From Cenococcum geophilum (Eukaryota): DNA of 64,000 nt. A program made the position numbers and the translations under genes. Below, piece after piece: positions 14,130-27,141 of this stretch. How positions within the stretch are numbered: the first letter of the stretch is position 1; each line of letters starts with the position of its first letter. The notes under the pieces were generated by a model. The model made no database searches, was not told the DNA's origin, and was given only the letters and a program-made list of their open reading frames with translations. The stretch lies in the NCBI GenBank assembly GCA_050273025.1, contig CP158635.1:16554001-16618000 (forward strand). Direction: 5' to 3'.

Positions 14130-15290
14130 GCATCCTTATATTTTTAGGAAGTTGTTGTGGTTTATAAGCTATATCTATAACTTAGCTTCTAAGATAAGTC
14201 TTCTGTAGGACGCCACAAACAGCGTTATAATAATCTCACCATATTACACGCCCCTCTTTTTTGCAGAGATATTAGATAACCTATCTATAAATTAGCCTAG
14301 ATATCCTAGATCAGTCCATCTTCTCATTAGAATCACCTTTGATCCTCTTCCTAGATTATTAGTATCTCCTTTAACCCTCTTCCTAAAGCAGCTATTATAA
14401 CTCTTTTATTACAGCCATTACCACTGCTGCCACCGCCTCCGCCTCCGCCTCCTCCGCCTCCTCCTCCTCCTCCTCCTCCTCCTCCTCCTCATCCTCTTTA
14501 GGATAGCGATAGTTTAGAATTTAAGGATAAAACCTAGGAACTATAGAAACCGGCCATATTTGTACAGCAAAAACTGTTGCGGGAGATCGGCATCTATAAA
14601 AAAAGCGAGGTTATACCACTTTAGGAGGTTGCCGAGCGTGTAACTAAGTACCTATCTATAAATAGTCCCAGGCTTAAGGTAGAGACTCTTTTAAAGGGAC
14701 CTAAAAAAACTAGAAAGGAAAGGGACTCCACTCTTAAGAAGCTCGAAATATATTTGGAGGTATAGGGCGTAGAGGCTCTTATAGAGGAGGTCAAAAAAAT
14801 TACCAAAGATTCTCTAAAGGGTAGAAATGACACTAATGCACATTGCTTTAGCCCGAATATTATTTAAGAACTTCAGTTAATGGCAAATATAGATAGTAGG
14901 GTTACGGTTGGCAAAGACGGGGAGCCTTTCTCTAGCGTGCTTAAAGCTTTCTCTGGCCTTCCAGAGACTTACATTCTCAATCTCTTCCTAGACAAGGAAA
15001 GAGACGATCTTCGTTTTATTAACTATTCTATTTCTAAAGCCAAGTGGTTTTAAGGTTTAAAGAAAGTAGATTTCCTAAAGGAAGATCAGCATCTATCCAC
15101 TAAGGATGCAGACGTGTAGGAGGGTAGGGAGACAGCGAGCTTGCTAAACAAAGATTTCTCGCTGTCCACTGGAAATGAAGCCGTATAGGAGGGTAGTGGA
15201 GCTGAAATGGGGGGAGACGGTTTCACAGTTCTAACTATGGTGGAGTAACTAGGTAAGAGTTTTAGGAACAAAATTGCGGGTTAGCAATAA
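14130..15290 (+). pseudogene. Hypothetical protein with a poly-Pro tract and a possible degenerate C2H2 finger
   Basis: (CCT/CCG)n at 14430-14490 gives a poly-Pro read. At ~14164, YKLYL*LSF*DKSSVGRHKQRY de-RIPs to C-x2-C...H-x3-H/C. Downstream read LKKLEIYLEV*GVEALIEEVKK. Confidence 0.3.
14430..14490 (+). repeat. (CCT/CCG)n trinucleotide microsatellite
   Basis: ccgcctccgcctccgcctcctccgcctcctcctcctcctcctcc... Confidence 0.95.
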
Positions 15291-15629
15291 TGTTAAGGGT
15301 TAATAAATAGTGAACAACTAAGTCCTGCACATTTCTTATATATAATTGGCAGTAATATATTCCTCCTATAGGTTTAAAGCCTTTAATATATACAAATTAC
15401 CTAATCTCCTATATTTAAGGTACTTTATCTATTAGCCAACTTATACAGAAATTGCCGGGAAAAGGTGCTTACTAAATAGTCCAAACAGTTTACTGGAGTA
15501 CCGTACCAAGGACAGTCTTTTCCGGGAATTACCTAACTTTTCTTACCATTTGCAAGACAAGTTGGGCATTGCCTTAAAGGAACCTAAATATAAAATATTA
15601 GCTATACTGTCGGGAATAAGGCAAGCGGT

Positions 15630-15690
15630 TATCACGTGACGCCGCGGCACTAGCGTGGCGAGGAGTCTTAAGCTCCTCACCCTTCCTCAT
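15630..15690 (+). repeat. ~60-bp dispersed element (CACGTG box plus short hairpin), copy 1
   Basis: tatcacgtgacgccgcggcactagcgtggcgaggagtcttaagctcctcaccc matches 23781-23835. Confidence 0.85.
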
Positions 15691-16679
15691 TCTAATTAAA
15701 TAAGATTTATTACCCAACATCACTATAACCCTACTCGAGTAGTCGTTATTAGTAAGTCACCCTGTGTGACCAACATATACCTTAGATTAGATTAGCGAGT
15801 TCCGTTTACCGTTATAGCTTTAGAGAGAATTTAAATAGAGGAATCCCAACTAAAGTCCTAACTCTAGTTAAGATTCTCCACAGAGATTTAATTGGGGGTG
15901 CTAAAAGATATAGTGGGTATATAGTAGCAGACGCGAACGCTTTAAGCTAGAGGTAGGAGGAGTTGGAAAGAGGATTAATGGGATAGTAGGCAAAAGGAAG
16001 GAAACTCATCGGATATTTATACTTGCTTTCAGCCCTAATTAGACATATATAAACTCGCATTATCCAATCTGGTCTCACTGCACCCCGCTATATATACGGC
16101 ATATCGTGGATACCTGTCACTAAAGGGTGCACCTATACTCTAGTGGCTAGGCAGTAACCCGCATTTCAATTAGAGACATGCACAGTATACACAGCTAAAA
16201 ATCTGCTTTATATTAGGGTGTAAAAAAGGGAACCGCCTTTCGACTATTAGAGACATTTTAAATTAACGGCGTATTATATAAACTATGCCTAAGTCCGTGG
16301 AAAAATTTAACCAATCCGTGATAAGCTTATAAGCACAAAAATGAGGGGATTATAAGCGCCAATAGAATAGAAAGAGTGTATATTATAGGAGACTAGTGTA
16401 ACAAGGCAACCGGGGCAAAAAGCGGTAAAGATGACAAGGTAGGGCTAAATGACCAAATTAACGAGTAGGTTAGGACGAACTTGCATTCTCAACCTCGCAT
16501 TAGGTGTAATAAGTTCTATATACCATTAAATCTCCCTATCTTACCTTTAAAGGTTCATTAATATCTCACCATACCCTCCCAGAACCCAAGTCAACTTCCC
16601 TAAAGGGAGCATTCTAGGAAAGTGCATACTACGAGTCTAGATATAATAACTCATAAACATATTTGACGAAGGACACTAC

Positions 16680-17330
16680 GCTAAACTATTTCGAATTTTC
16701 AAAACGTGCTAAGGCCTTTACCAAAGCGTTTTCTACAATATAGGCAATAACCACTATATTTAGAGCTGTTCCACTTTATAATACAGTTATAGCAGAATGA
16801 ATAGCCTATAATAGTTAGACTTTTCTTAAAATCATCTAAATATATATAGGAACTTACCGCAAGGGGTAAGAATTTAATAAATAGCATTATTAGCTCTTCT
16901 CTAGCAGATTAAATAGTCAATTCTAAAAATCTTAGGTGCATTCTACACTCCTTAGTAGAAATGATCCCAGCGAGGGCAGTTAAACTGTTTAACCATTATC
17001 CCCAACTCATCCTTAGCTTCTAGGCCACTACTAAAAATACATTCGCCACAGACAATCTGTAATAAATTAGTTAGTCTGTTAAAATAGTCATTAGCTCTAA
17101 GGAGTTGCTTATACAGCAGTAGCGTTCCAAAACAAACATACGCGCGCTATCGTTCTCCCCTTTACTAAGAATATTTATACAAATAGCGCAATGCTTAGTA
17201 TTGTCAGTTAGATCAATAACCTGCTGCCACTAAATAGATATAGCGCTCGCTAAAGTTAAGTTAGCAGAGAGAGTTTTTTTAATATATTGATCCGATAACT
17301 CGACATTAAATACGACATCTACCCATAATT
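16680..17330 (-). pseudogene. Double RING-finger protein (putative E3 ligase) pseudogene
   Basis: Exon reads KHCAICINIL...ERYCC / IVCGECIF...FNCPRW and ILTPCG / (H)SFCYNCIIKW...YCLYCRKRF give two RING-type Cys patterns separated by GT-AG introns. Confidence 0.7.
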
Positions 17331-17718
17331 AGAAAATCGAAAATCGAGATAAATATTAGATATCACCTCGAGAGGATATCTTTCTAGCGGTCTTTGTTTT
17401 GGTTTTATATACACGACCTAGAAATTTGCCATTCGCAGGTGCTTTTCTGTAAGAGTATATCTGGGTGCGTTTACGTCTAACTAACATACTATCCAATTTA
17501 AGGGTGAAGGCCGACGCCATAATGCAAAAAAGTGAGATATATAAGGAAAAAGAATTAAACAAAGCTTATAGTACCAAGGCAATTAAAGGAATGTATAAAT
17601 ATAACCAGGTTTACCTTTCACTCCTAAAGAAGACGCATATGCAAGGGTACATACCTAGTTTAGAATTATCTATCACCTTTATTAAGCTACTGGGTCGTTA
17701 AAGAGCCGTTTAAAAAAG

Positions 17719-17766
17719 CCTACCTAATCCACCTAACTAACCTAATCCATCTAATCCACCTAATTC
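17719..17766 (+). repeat. 9-bp tandem array, copy 2 of 6
   Basis: ctacctaat ccacctaac taacctaat ccatctaat ccacctaat. Confidence 0.8.
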
Positions 17767-17775
17767 ATTCTTTAG

Positions 17776-18960
17776 ATGACGAGGCGTATAAGATCGCGTT
17801 AGTAGTTCCTTAGGGAGTGACGAGTAACCCTGCCCTTGCCACCGCAGCTATTTAGAAACTCTTTAAAAGGTAGGAGATAGTTTCTTATTAGGGGCATTTT
17901 TCTACGGGGTTATTATAGTAGGGATACGGCGCGTTATAAGAGGATTTTATAGTAACTTGTATCCTTTTACTATCACAACAAATCCCCTTACACCTCATCT
18001 TATTAAAATGCTAAAAGAAATATCATAGCCGTAGGTGGTTACATCACTAATCTACATCGCAGCGTTTCTCTTATGTTTTACACTTACACTCCTAGTTATC
18101 TGCAAAAAGGCGAACTTAAACGCTGGTATTGTTACATTAATTATAGGAGGCCAACTCTATTGTTATATCTTGCAGGAACTAACAGAAGCATAGTTTAACT
18201 CCCCCTCTCTTTAGGTGCGGGATAGTTCGTAGCTTTAATTACATGGCTTAGGAATCCCAGATCCAAATAACTTAAACTCTCTACCTAGTAAGGTCTAAAG
18301 TGCCGCTGCGGGAGCCTAAAGCCTTATCAGCGTAGCTTATAGTGCTATTACTAGTGCTATAGGTGCGGTACAAAGTTCTATAAATAATATGGTGCCAAAG
18401 AACTGCAGTTTGGGCACGGAAAATTACACTATTGCATTTAACAACCATGCCAATTATAGGAGCCTGCCACTTAACCTTACGAATGTTCTGCCCGAAGCCT
18501 TTATAAAGATCCTAAGCAATTAACTTAAGAAACTTTAAGTTGTGGATAACGCATTAACACAAGTAACTTCTGCGAATATTATATACTGCTTAATTCCAGG
18601 TTTAGTTTTAGTCGTAATTCTAAGCTTAATATTTTTTTTATCTATATTTAAGCCTCTATCTTACTTCGAGGCTCGTCTTTAGGCCCTCAGTATTCAACTA
18701 AAAAGAATCCTTCGTGCACTATATTATTTAGTTTACTATATCCCCTTTTTAATTCCAGCTATTGTTTTGCAAATTTTACTATTTAAAACCAAACACCTCC
18801 CCAATTATATTAAGGCGGAGAGGGGGGAGGTTAGTAGATATTGCTTAAAAGCTCTATATTATGTTATAGTCATAGTCTTGTTAACCCTCTTTACGCCATT
18901 CTCAACTTTAGACGTAAGTTACCTCTCCAATCTCCAAGGGTTTCATACATTGACAGGTAC
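17776..18960 (+). pseudogene. Multi-pass membrane protein (SUR7/PalI-like layout) pseudogene
   Basis: N-terminal hydrophobic helix (LIYIAAFLLCFTLTLLVI), extracellular loop with VPKNCSLGT...LPLNL, then several hydrophobic helices (GLVLVVILSLIFFLSIF; LILLVYYIPFLIPAIVL; YYVIVIVLLTLF). Confidence 0.5.
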
Positions 18961-19689
18961 TACTAGTACTAAAAGCGTAGCTTTAAAAAGAAAGCAGGAG
19001 GGGGGTGTCCGGGAATTATATATTTAGTGCAGACGTGTTTAAATCTATACAGTTTTCTTAAAGGTGGCACTAGGAGGAATAGAAATATATTAACCCTTCT
19101 TACGGGTTTTTAGCAATGATTATACTACGTTTACATTATACAATCCATTTAAAGATTTAAATTACAGGCGGGTCGCATTAGAGGGATATAGGATAAAATA
19201 ACAGACCAATAACTAATACCTAGACATTTAAAGGCAGATAGGCTAGCTCTTAGCACTCGGTGTATATATTTACACTACACATCCTAGAGTATTAAGCTTC
19301 GTCTAAGCTTTCTGCGTAATAACTGCTTGGTTTTTTATATTATAGAGAGTCTCCGGCCCCCAGGTATAGGCAAAACAAGCAGTATAGAAATCCTTACTTA
19401 GTAAGGTCCCATTAAACCAAAATTGGAAACCTATCGTAGCTATCTAGCTATCGTAAGTTGGTACTATTTAGTTGACCTCCAGGGAGGTAAGATTATTATA
19501 AATGAGGCAAAACCCTTTAGCGCATTTATTAATACTAAATAGGAACCATTAGTTGCATATATTGTTTAAGGCAGCATTATAGTCACTAAGTAGCGGAAGG
19601 CCGGGTATAATATAGCTTTAGATAAAACCCATATCCACAGTAAGCGGGGCGGCGGTGGTGGAAGGAAGGAGGGAGATAATAGGGAGGAT

Positions 19690-21060
19690 AATGATGGATA
19701 TATATATAATGTTATAACTTATTCCAATTTCTTAAATATAAAACTTATTTGGATATTATACTTAATTATTTAAGGTCGTATTAGACCTTAGGAGAGAATT
19801 TAGAAACTGCCATAAGGCATAATATAACTGGAAGGGATAGGAGCGCTAAAATACGGAGCTAGAGTTAGGGATCCTTAGTTAAGGACATTACAATCAGCAG
19901 TGCGGAGAACGCCTAATAGTGAACCTCTTAACCCTTCCTTCCCTGGCCATCTCCTAGAGACTATTAACCACGCGCACGCCTATAACTATTAATAGCTACT
20001 ACTAACCGATACCAAAGCTACTTTAGGCCCCTGGAAATACCTATTATATTAAGGAAATACTTCCTTCTAAAAATTAATAGCCTTATATAATTACTCTCTT
20101 AAAATTACTACTTAACCTAGAAAGCAGATTTACTATAAAGGACCTAATTCATTAATGAATTGTAAAGATAATTACCTATATAAAGCATACTTCTTCCATT
20201 TCTGTAAATTTTACTAGTAATACCTAGTAAATACATCTTCCGCAATTACAGAATGGATATCCTTCGGGAACAGTTTTATAGTTACGATAATCCCAAGACA
20301 CGTTTTACCCTATATTATTAATTGGATACAACTTACTATAAAGGTGCTCTTAACGCAATAGAACCTAATATCTGCTGCGATTTATACTCCCGCCTCTACA
20401 GCGATGCGGACTAAAAAGATGCGCTTATACTTATAGACGATGCTATTTGTAATAAACTGCTTATAGGCATAACTAATAAGAAGATTGTATTAACCCTTAA
20501 CCTAATACCTAGTTAACAGCTTGCAACTTTAATTTTCTGGCTTAAAGAGTTATATTGTATAAGAGTCCTTAACTGTATAAGCAAGTGGGAGTTAGGAAGA
20601 GCAACTGCGATTCTTAAGGTGCGGAATCTAAGTCGTTATTATTATCCATATTTAGTTGCGGTCGATCCATTATTTAAACAATATAATAGCTGTAAAGATA
20701 TATATTCTCTAGGGGAAACTTAATAGATCGCGGATTGTAAGGTTTATACTATCTATTAGTAATGTAAGTCAGATAAGAATAAGTGCCCAATTTATACACC
20801 TCTAAAGAACATTATCTCTTATTAATCGTCGGATCACCTTATAGCAATTAAGCCTACACGTATAATGGTACTTAGCATTATCTCTTAGCCGAATAATTTA
20901 ATTCGTTACGCCCTGGTACTCTTTAAAGAGGACGGGCCGATGTATTAGTATAAGGTGTAGGTATTGGAAAGTTATTTTGGTAATATATTTGCAGATAATC
21001 TTAAAGTTTTTAACTCTCTTCCAGTTAATTCACGATTCTATAAAGTGTAGTCTATAAGTA
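19690..21060 (+). pseudogene. Tandem paralogue 1: unknown protein with a C-terminal RING-like Cys cluster
   Basis: 20030-21060 aligns with 21755-22790; C-terminal read SCKDIYSLGE..IADC...KCPI(C)TP. Confidence 0.5.
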
Positions 21061-21482
21061 GATTCCTACTTAAATAGCTAGTATATCCTTTAATGGCAAT
21101 TATAAAAGACTGCATTTATAACAGGCTCGTACAAATTCCTCTGAGACAAAGCTTGTAGATTACTACTATACAAAGATACTAAGCTAAAGAGAAGAAGAGG
21201 AGGAAGGCCTTTAGGGGTTGACGTAAATATAAAGGGGTCGCTAAGGTGCTAAGTAGTAAGCGAGCCAATAGTGATTTTCCATACCCAGCATAGAAAATCC
21301 TAATTAGTTGGCAGACATCAGGGTCGGCGAAATTTAGTAGGTAACGCGCCCTAGTACTATTACAGCATTAATATAGAGGATCTTAAGTATATAAGCTAGT
21401 ATAAAGAAAAAATAATTAGTTTCTTATTAACTTAAAGTAACAATTTATGTTAATATATCTACACAGCCTAGATATAGATAAG

Positions 21483-22800
21483 ATGGTATATAAGAGAAAA
21501 TACGATTTAGATTTAGATTCTGTGGTGAGTTTCGCAGTAGAGCGGATAACTACTGCAGTTCTAGAATATCCTTAGGCTAATGTATAACTATATAATTATC
21601 GGGATATAGATACGCGTTTAATTATCGCGAAGATATTCCTGGTCTCTATAGAGTATATCCGCTAGTATATACTTGAACCTATTTAGATATATATAATAAC
21701 ATCACAACTAGCAGTCCTAGCCGTCGACCTCGCTTACGCCAATGCTTTAGGTACCTAGAAATACCCATTACACCAATAAAATGCTCCCCTCTGAAAATTG
21801 AGGGCCTTACGCAATTGTTTCCTCGGAATTACCACTTACTCTAAAAAGTAGATTTACTATAAAAGACCTAACTTATTAGTTAATCGCTAAGATATTAAAG
21901 CATACTTCTTCTATTTCTATGGATTTTACAAGTAACACCTAATAAATATATCTTCACTAGCTCCAGAATAGATATCCTTAAAGAAGAGTTTTACAGCTGC
22001 GATAACCCAAATACGCGCTTTCGCCTATATTATCAATTAAATGCAGTTTATCGTAGGGATGTCCTTAGGGATATGGAGCATAATGCTTGCTATAATTTAT
22101 ACTCCCGTCTCTACACTAATTTAGACAAAAAAGAGGCACTTGCACTTATGGATAATGCTACTCGCACTAAATTATTTACGCGGATGGCTAATAATAAGGC
22201 TAGGATATCAGCCTTTAACCTAATAAACAACCAGAATTTCTTAACTACATTGCGCTGGCTTGAAGAGCCACTTTATATAGGACTCTTAAAGGATATGGGC
22301 CAGGCAGAGTTAGAAAGAGCAATTTCAATCATAACTATCCGCAATAAAAGAGGAGGGAAGCAGCTAGCTCCTTCGCCATTAATTGCGACCGGTTTATCAT
22401 CTAAAATATACGCTTAGTGCAAAGATATTTATAGCATAGGGGAATCTATATGGTCTGCAGACTGTTACATTTATTCCTTCTATAAGCGGTGCAGACCTAA
22501 TAACGATAAGAATGAGTGTCCCGTCTGTACACCTCCGAAAAATGTTATCCTTTACCAGTTATAGAAACACCTTAAAGCACAGACCGGCAGAATAATAATA
22601 ATCGGCCTTATATCTTGGCCAATATCCTTAATTCGCTACGTCCTAGTAACCTTTAAAGGCAACGGGCAGGCGTATTGGTATAAGGTGCAGGAAATTGAAT
22701 TTTGTATAGGCAGGGAGAATTTTAGGGCATCGCTAGATAAGTTTAGAGCTGTTCCAATTAATTTATAATTCCGTTAGGTGCAATCTACAAACAAATAAGC
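21483..22800 (+). pseudogene. Tandem paralogue 2: unknown protein with a C-terminal RING-like Cys cluster
   Basis: Contains ORF 22073-22417, followed by CKDIYSIGESIWSADC...KRC...NECPVCTPP and RYVLVTFKGNGQAYWYKVQEIE. Confidence 0.55.
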
Positions 22801-23780
22801 GAATAAAGGACGAAATTAAACCCTATAAGTATCTAAAATTCCTATTTAACTAGCTAGTACATCATTTAGCTTTAAATAAAGTAATTAATACTACATTAGT
22901 ATAAATAGTCCTAGGTAAGCAAGCAGTATGAAGAAAATCCATTAATTTTCTTATTGCCTTTAGAAGAGGTACACTATCCCTTATAACGGTAGCGTCCTAC
23001 TACTAAGTAATTATGCACTAATAAAATAATAATTGAAACATCTTAACTTAATCCAATTAGTTCGATAATTGTAGGATATATTTTACAGTTGTAAGGGATA
23101 ACGCATCCACGTGCCAGGCCATCCCTTCGTGCGGCAGAAGTCACTTTTCGTATTAGGCGCTTTTGGCGCTTTTGCTTAGATTAGCATGCTATAGGTACCC
23201 TAGCTAGCGCGATTTTATTAGTAATCCCCACCAAAACATGTCGATATTGCGATGCCGACAAAATGTTATAGAAGGCCACCACTAAAAACACCAATATATA
23301 TTTAAGGAAGTTAAGCAAGAAGTCGTAATATATAACGCCATATCTATAGATTTCTGCCCTTCTTCTATTAACCAGCTGCTAATTATATAGGAAAATCCTC
23401 TATTAAAGTTTACTAAATTACTGCCAGGCGGTATAAGGACAACATTTTACTGATAATTTAAGGATTAAATAGACGGCAATAATATTAAAGCTTTTTAATT
23501 AACTATACTAAATATTATATAGGCTTCCTGGCCACTTCGCTGCTATTTACCAAGCGTCAATAAGGCGCCGGCATTCTTGCCGCTAAGTAACCGCACTAAC
23601 CAGAGGCTTTAACACTAAGCTATATACGGTATAGAGCCTCTAGATAGGCTTATAGGCGTATATATACAAAAAGTATAAGAAACGGTTACCATATAAAGGG
23701 ATAGGTTAGATAGTATATATTAGGAATAAAGGTAAATGGTCACCATATAAGGCATATTGCCGTCATGTATAATAAGTTGC

Positions 23781-23840
23781 TATCACGTGCCGCCGCGGCA
23801 CTAGCGTAGTAAGGAACCTTAAGTTCCTTACCCCTTTCTT
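23781..23840 (+). repeat. ~60-bp dispersed element, copy 2
   Basis: tatcacgtgccgccgcggcactagcgtagtaaggaaccttaagttccttaccc. Confidence 0.85.
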
Positions 23841-24667
23841 AGAATTATTAAAAAGAAGAACAATTATTATACTATCTATGAACCGTAGCTATGTAATATC
23901 CCCTTATATAACCAACAGTACGTAAAAAAACATAATATTCAGATTCTAAAGTGTATCACTGTACTTATAGAGAGTTTATATAAATATTTAAGCGCCATTT
24001 ACTTCTTTAACCTTCCTTTTTAATGCTTGTATTAGCCTTTATTTAGCAACGAATCCTCCCGTAAATCCTCCCCAGTATTCTCTATTTCGGCTTCACCTCT
24101 ATCTAGTCTATTATTTAGGGGATCTCTAGAAAGGTATAATGGCGTAGAGGCTAAGTTATATAAAGGTGGAGACGAAGCTACAGTGGGCGTTTCCGGTATA
24201 TCTTCGGCCCAGTAAAAGGCCTAGTAGCCTATTTAAGAAATGCGAACCCATATATAACAACAACAAACTTGCCTTGGTGTTGTGTTTTAGATAAGGATAA
24301 TAACATACATATTTAGATCTTTAAGAGGATAAAGATTTAAGCAAGTAGGATAATTGTGATTATCCTGATGTAGAAAGACAAGAATATGCTTACTAAAACT
24401 CCTATTAAAGAAATTTGATATTTTAAGGAGAATGACTCCATATAATTCTAATAAAGGGTTTATATAATAGGGGGGTAAGACTAATAAGACCGATAAGACC
24501 GGTAACACATCACTTTTCGGCTAAAAGTGAAAAAATAATGTTCGACCATTATGACCTGGCCTCATGCTAGAACCTTTTAGTATAACGCGCTAATCCTTAC
24601 ACCCTAGCAGAGAACAATTTAAAATAATCTGCGAAACATTAACTCTATTAGCGGAACAATACTTAAA

Positions 24668-25183
24668 ATACAACTTCTTACTATAGCTTCCGTAGCTATC
24701 CTAGCTATCACTCCTATTATACAAGCTACTTAAGCTAAAATCTACAATAAATGCTCATTTAAAATCTACCTTTAGTTAGTTACTGCGGACCATTCATCTA
24801 ATATAATTACTCTTTAGCCCGCCAATATCTATAATAAGACATACCAAGTGCCTAGTCGTGGCGGCGTGTTGTTAAAACTTTTAATTACGGAAATAACTAC
24901 GGACTCTACCCCTATTACCCAATTTAAATACACTCTAGCAGGAGGTAAAATTTGGTACGATATATTAAATATCAATTATGTAACTAACTCCTACCCTTTT
25001 TAGCCCTACGGACTGTATATATAGAGTGGCCTAGGCTGCCTAACTCGTAGCTATATTGCTAGCGTACCTATTTACGTAGGCGCATATAATAACCCAAACA
25101 ATAATGAAAATACTCTCTCTTGCGGTGGGAATTCTAACATATCACTCTATCTATGCACTGAGACTCTTCCGCTTTCGTACTAG
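24668..25183 (+). pseudogene. Secreted BYS1-like (thaumatin-related) protein pseudogene
   Basis: One 172-codon frame: signal peptide (M>I)QLLTIASVAILAITPIIQA, then IYNKCSFKIYL(W), GGVLLKL, PITQFKYTLAGGKIWYDI, AYNNPNN..TLSCGGNSNISLYLC. Confidence 0.7.
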
Positions 25184-25675
25184 TAAGCAGGATACTTTAG
25201 CAATTATCTAGTCCTACGTTTCTTTACTAATCTTTATTACGGAACCATCTTAAATATCTTGCCAAGAAAACGTAAATTAAATTCACTGTTTAGTTACCCT
25301 TAATATAGGAATCAATTATAGCTTAATATATGCTTTTTATAGCAGAAAATATAAATCTTTTATAGCTAGAAAATCTTACTCTATATTTATTTATTAATTA
25401 CTCGGCCTAAACTAAAACTAAAACTCACCTCTACTTAGGGCTAATTATATAATAAGTCACTAAGCAAACAGGCGCAATCTAGAGACTTACTTAGTGGGTA
25501 AACTCGCTAGTCCCAGAGCTAGTATAGTACTAGCAATATATTTAGGCCCAACTATTTTATAGTAGCCATCACTTTTATATATCTATACCGAATACAAATA
25601 ATCGGCGTATATAGGTGGGCTAGCTGCAAATATCAAGTTTTACCTTTACCTTACTCTTACTGTATTACTTTAACC

Positions 25676-27141
25676 ATAGCAGCGAGCATTATTATAGCGC
25701 TTTTATCCATCTTTCATCTTGCTCAGTCGCACCTCTTTATAGGCAATCCGCCGCCTTTCCAGTAGAGTAAATTTACCGATACTACGCAATTAGTTATGCT
25801 AATGAATGGGATTAAGATTTATAGCCAGCAGCCTTTCCCGTATAAGGGGCACTATATTGGCAATAACGAAGCTACTAACAAACCAGGAGTTATATAGCGG
25901 GCTAGGCAGAACGTCACCTTCCAGTATAATAAACTAGTGGTGAGACTTAATATACATTTACTAACACTTAGTGTTAGACTGTTTAATTTTATAAACACTA
26001 TAGGCCCTACCATAAACCAAATAGAGGGAGCCGCTTACAGTGGCGGTTTATATTAAATTTCATTCTCCTACAATTAAGGTATAACGTAGGTTGTAGTTTA
26101 GAACTTTAAGGGAAATTGCCCCTAGGTTAGAAAGGGTAAAGAGGGGACAGTAACCAATCATTATAATATTAACCAAGACTACTATTTTATAGTCCCCGAA
26201 GATTTTCCTTTAAAAGATAACGTTATTATCACATAATGAGGCCTTTATTTCTACCATACTTAAATTAGTAATAATAATTCTAGGACCTAGATTAATGACA
26301 CTGGAAATCGAGAATTCTATATATCATACTCTCCCGTTAAGATAATAGGGGTTAAAGCGTCCGTTTTAGTCACACCTTAGGGTTCACCGCTACTAATTAC
26401 TAATCTCTAAGCTGATCCTTCCGCTCTTCCTATAAATGATTAAATTTAGGCAAGCTGTTATACAGATGATTCGACAGCTATTATCTACCCAGATATATAT
26501 AAAGGATATAACCCGGTTATACGAGCGCCAAAGGCGCTAAATCTTATACCCTTTCCAAGAGGGGAAAATCTTATTTACGCCTCTAATAATTTAAATACAG
26601 TGAAGGCGCTTTAAAGAGGGCTTTAAAGTAGGGCATTTCAGAGTGGAGTTTAAAGTAAGACTATCCCCTAGATTCTCTAAGGGCTATACTTACTACCATA
26701 AATTCATATAGGTAATGCGTGTCCGCAGGCATCACAGGGAGAGGCTTCGCCGCTAGTTCCCTTGTTATCTTTATCTCTTCCTTTACTATCGTCTTCTACC
26801 TTCCCCCCCGATACACCTTCCCGCCTATTATTAGAGTTAATCTTTCCTCACTTAGTACCTTTAGTCCTTCCTCTTTTAAAATCTTTAGCTTTTGCTTTTA
26901 CCTCTAAGCAACAAGGCTTCTTAACTTCATCCATATTAAGTATTTAGGTTATAGGTACTTCTACTTCTAACTCTTCTTTACCTACTAGTAGATTGTGTTT
27001 ATAATCAATAGACTCTAATATAATCTCCCCTAGCACGTTATAGACGAGTAGTATTTCTACAGTAACTACCGTACCATCCAGTTCGGACACGGTCGTGACG
27101 TTAACTATTACTACTATTTTAAGCGCTGCGACTCGTTCACT
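25676..27141 (+). pseudogene. AA11-like lytic polysaccharide monooxygenase with a Ser/Thr-rich tail, pseudogene
   Basis: Signal peptide ending AQS followed by His1 (HLFIGNPPP); QQPFP(C)KG; GAA(H)SGGL(C)(Q)ISFSY; NFKGNCP; (W)INDTGNREFYIS(C)SPV; S/T-rich C-terminus; two or more introns. Confidence 0.75.
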
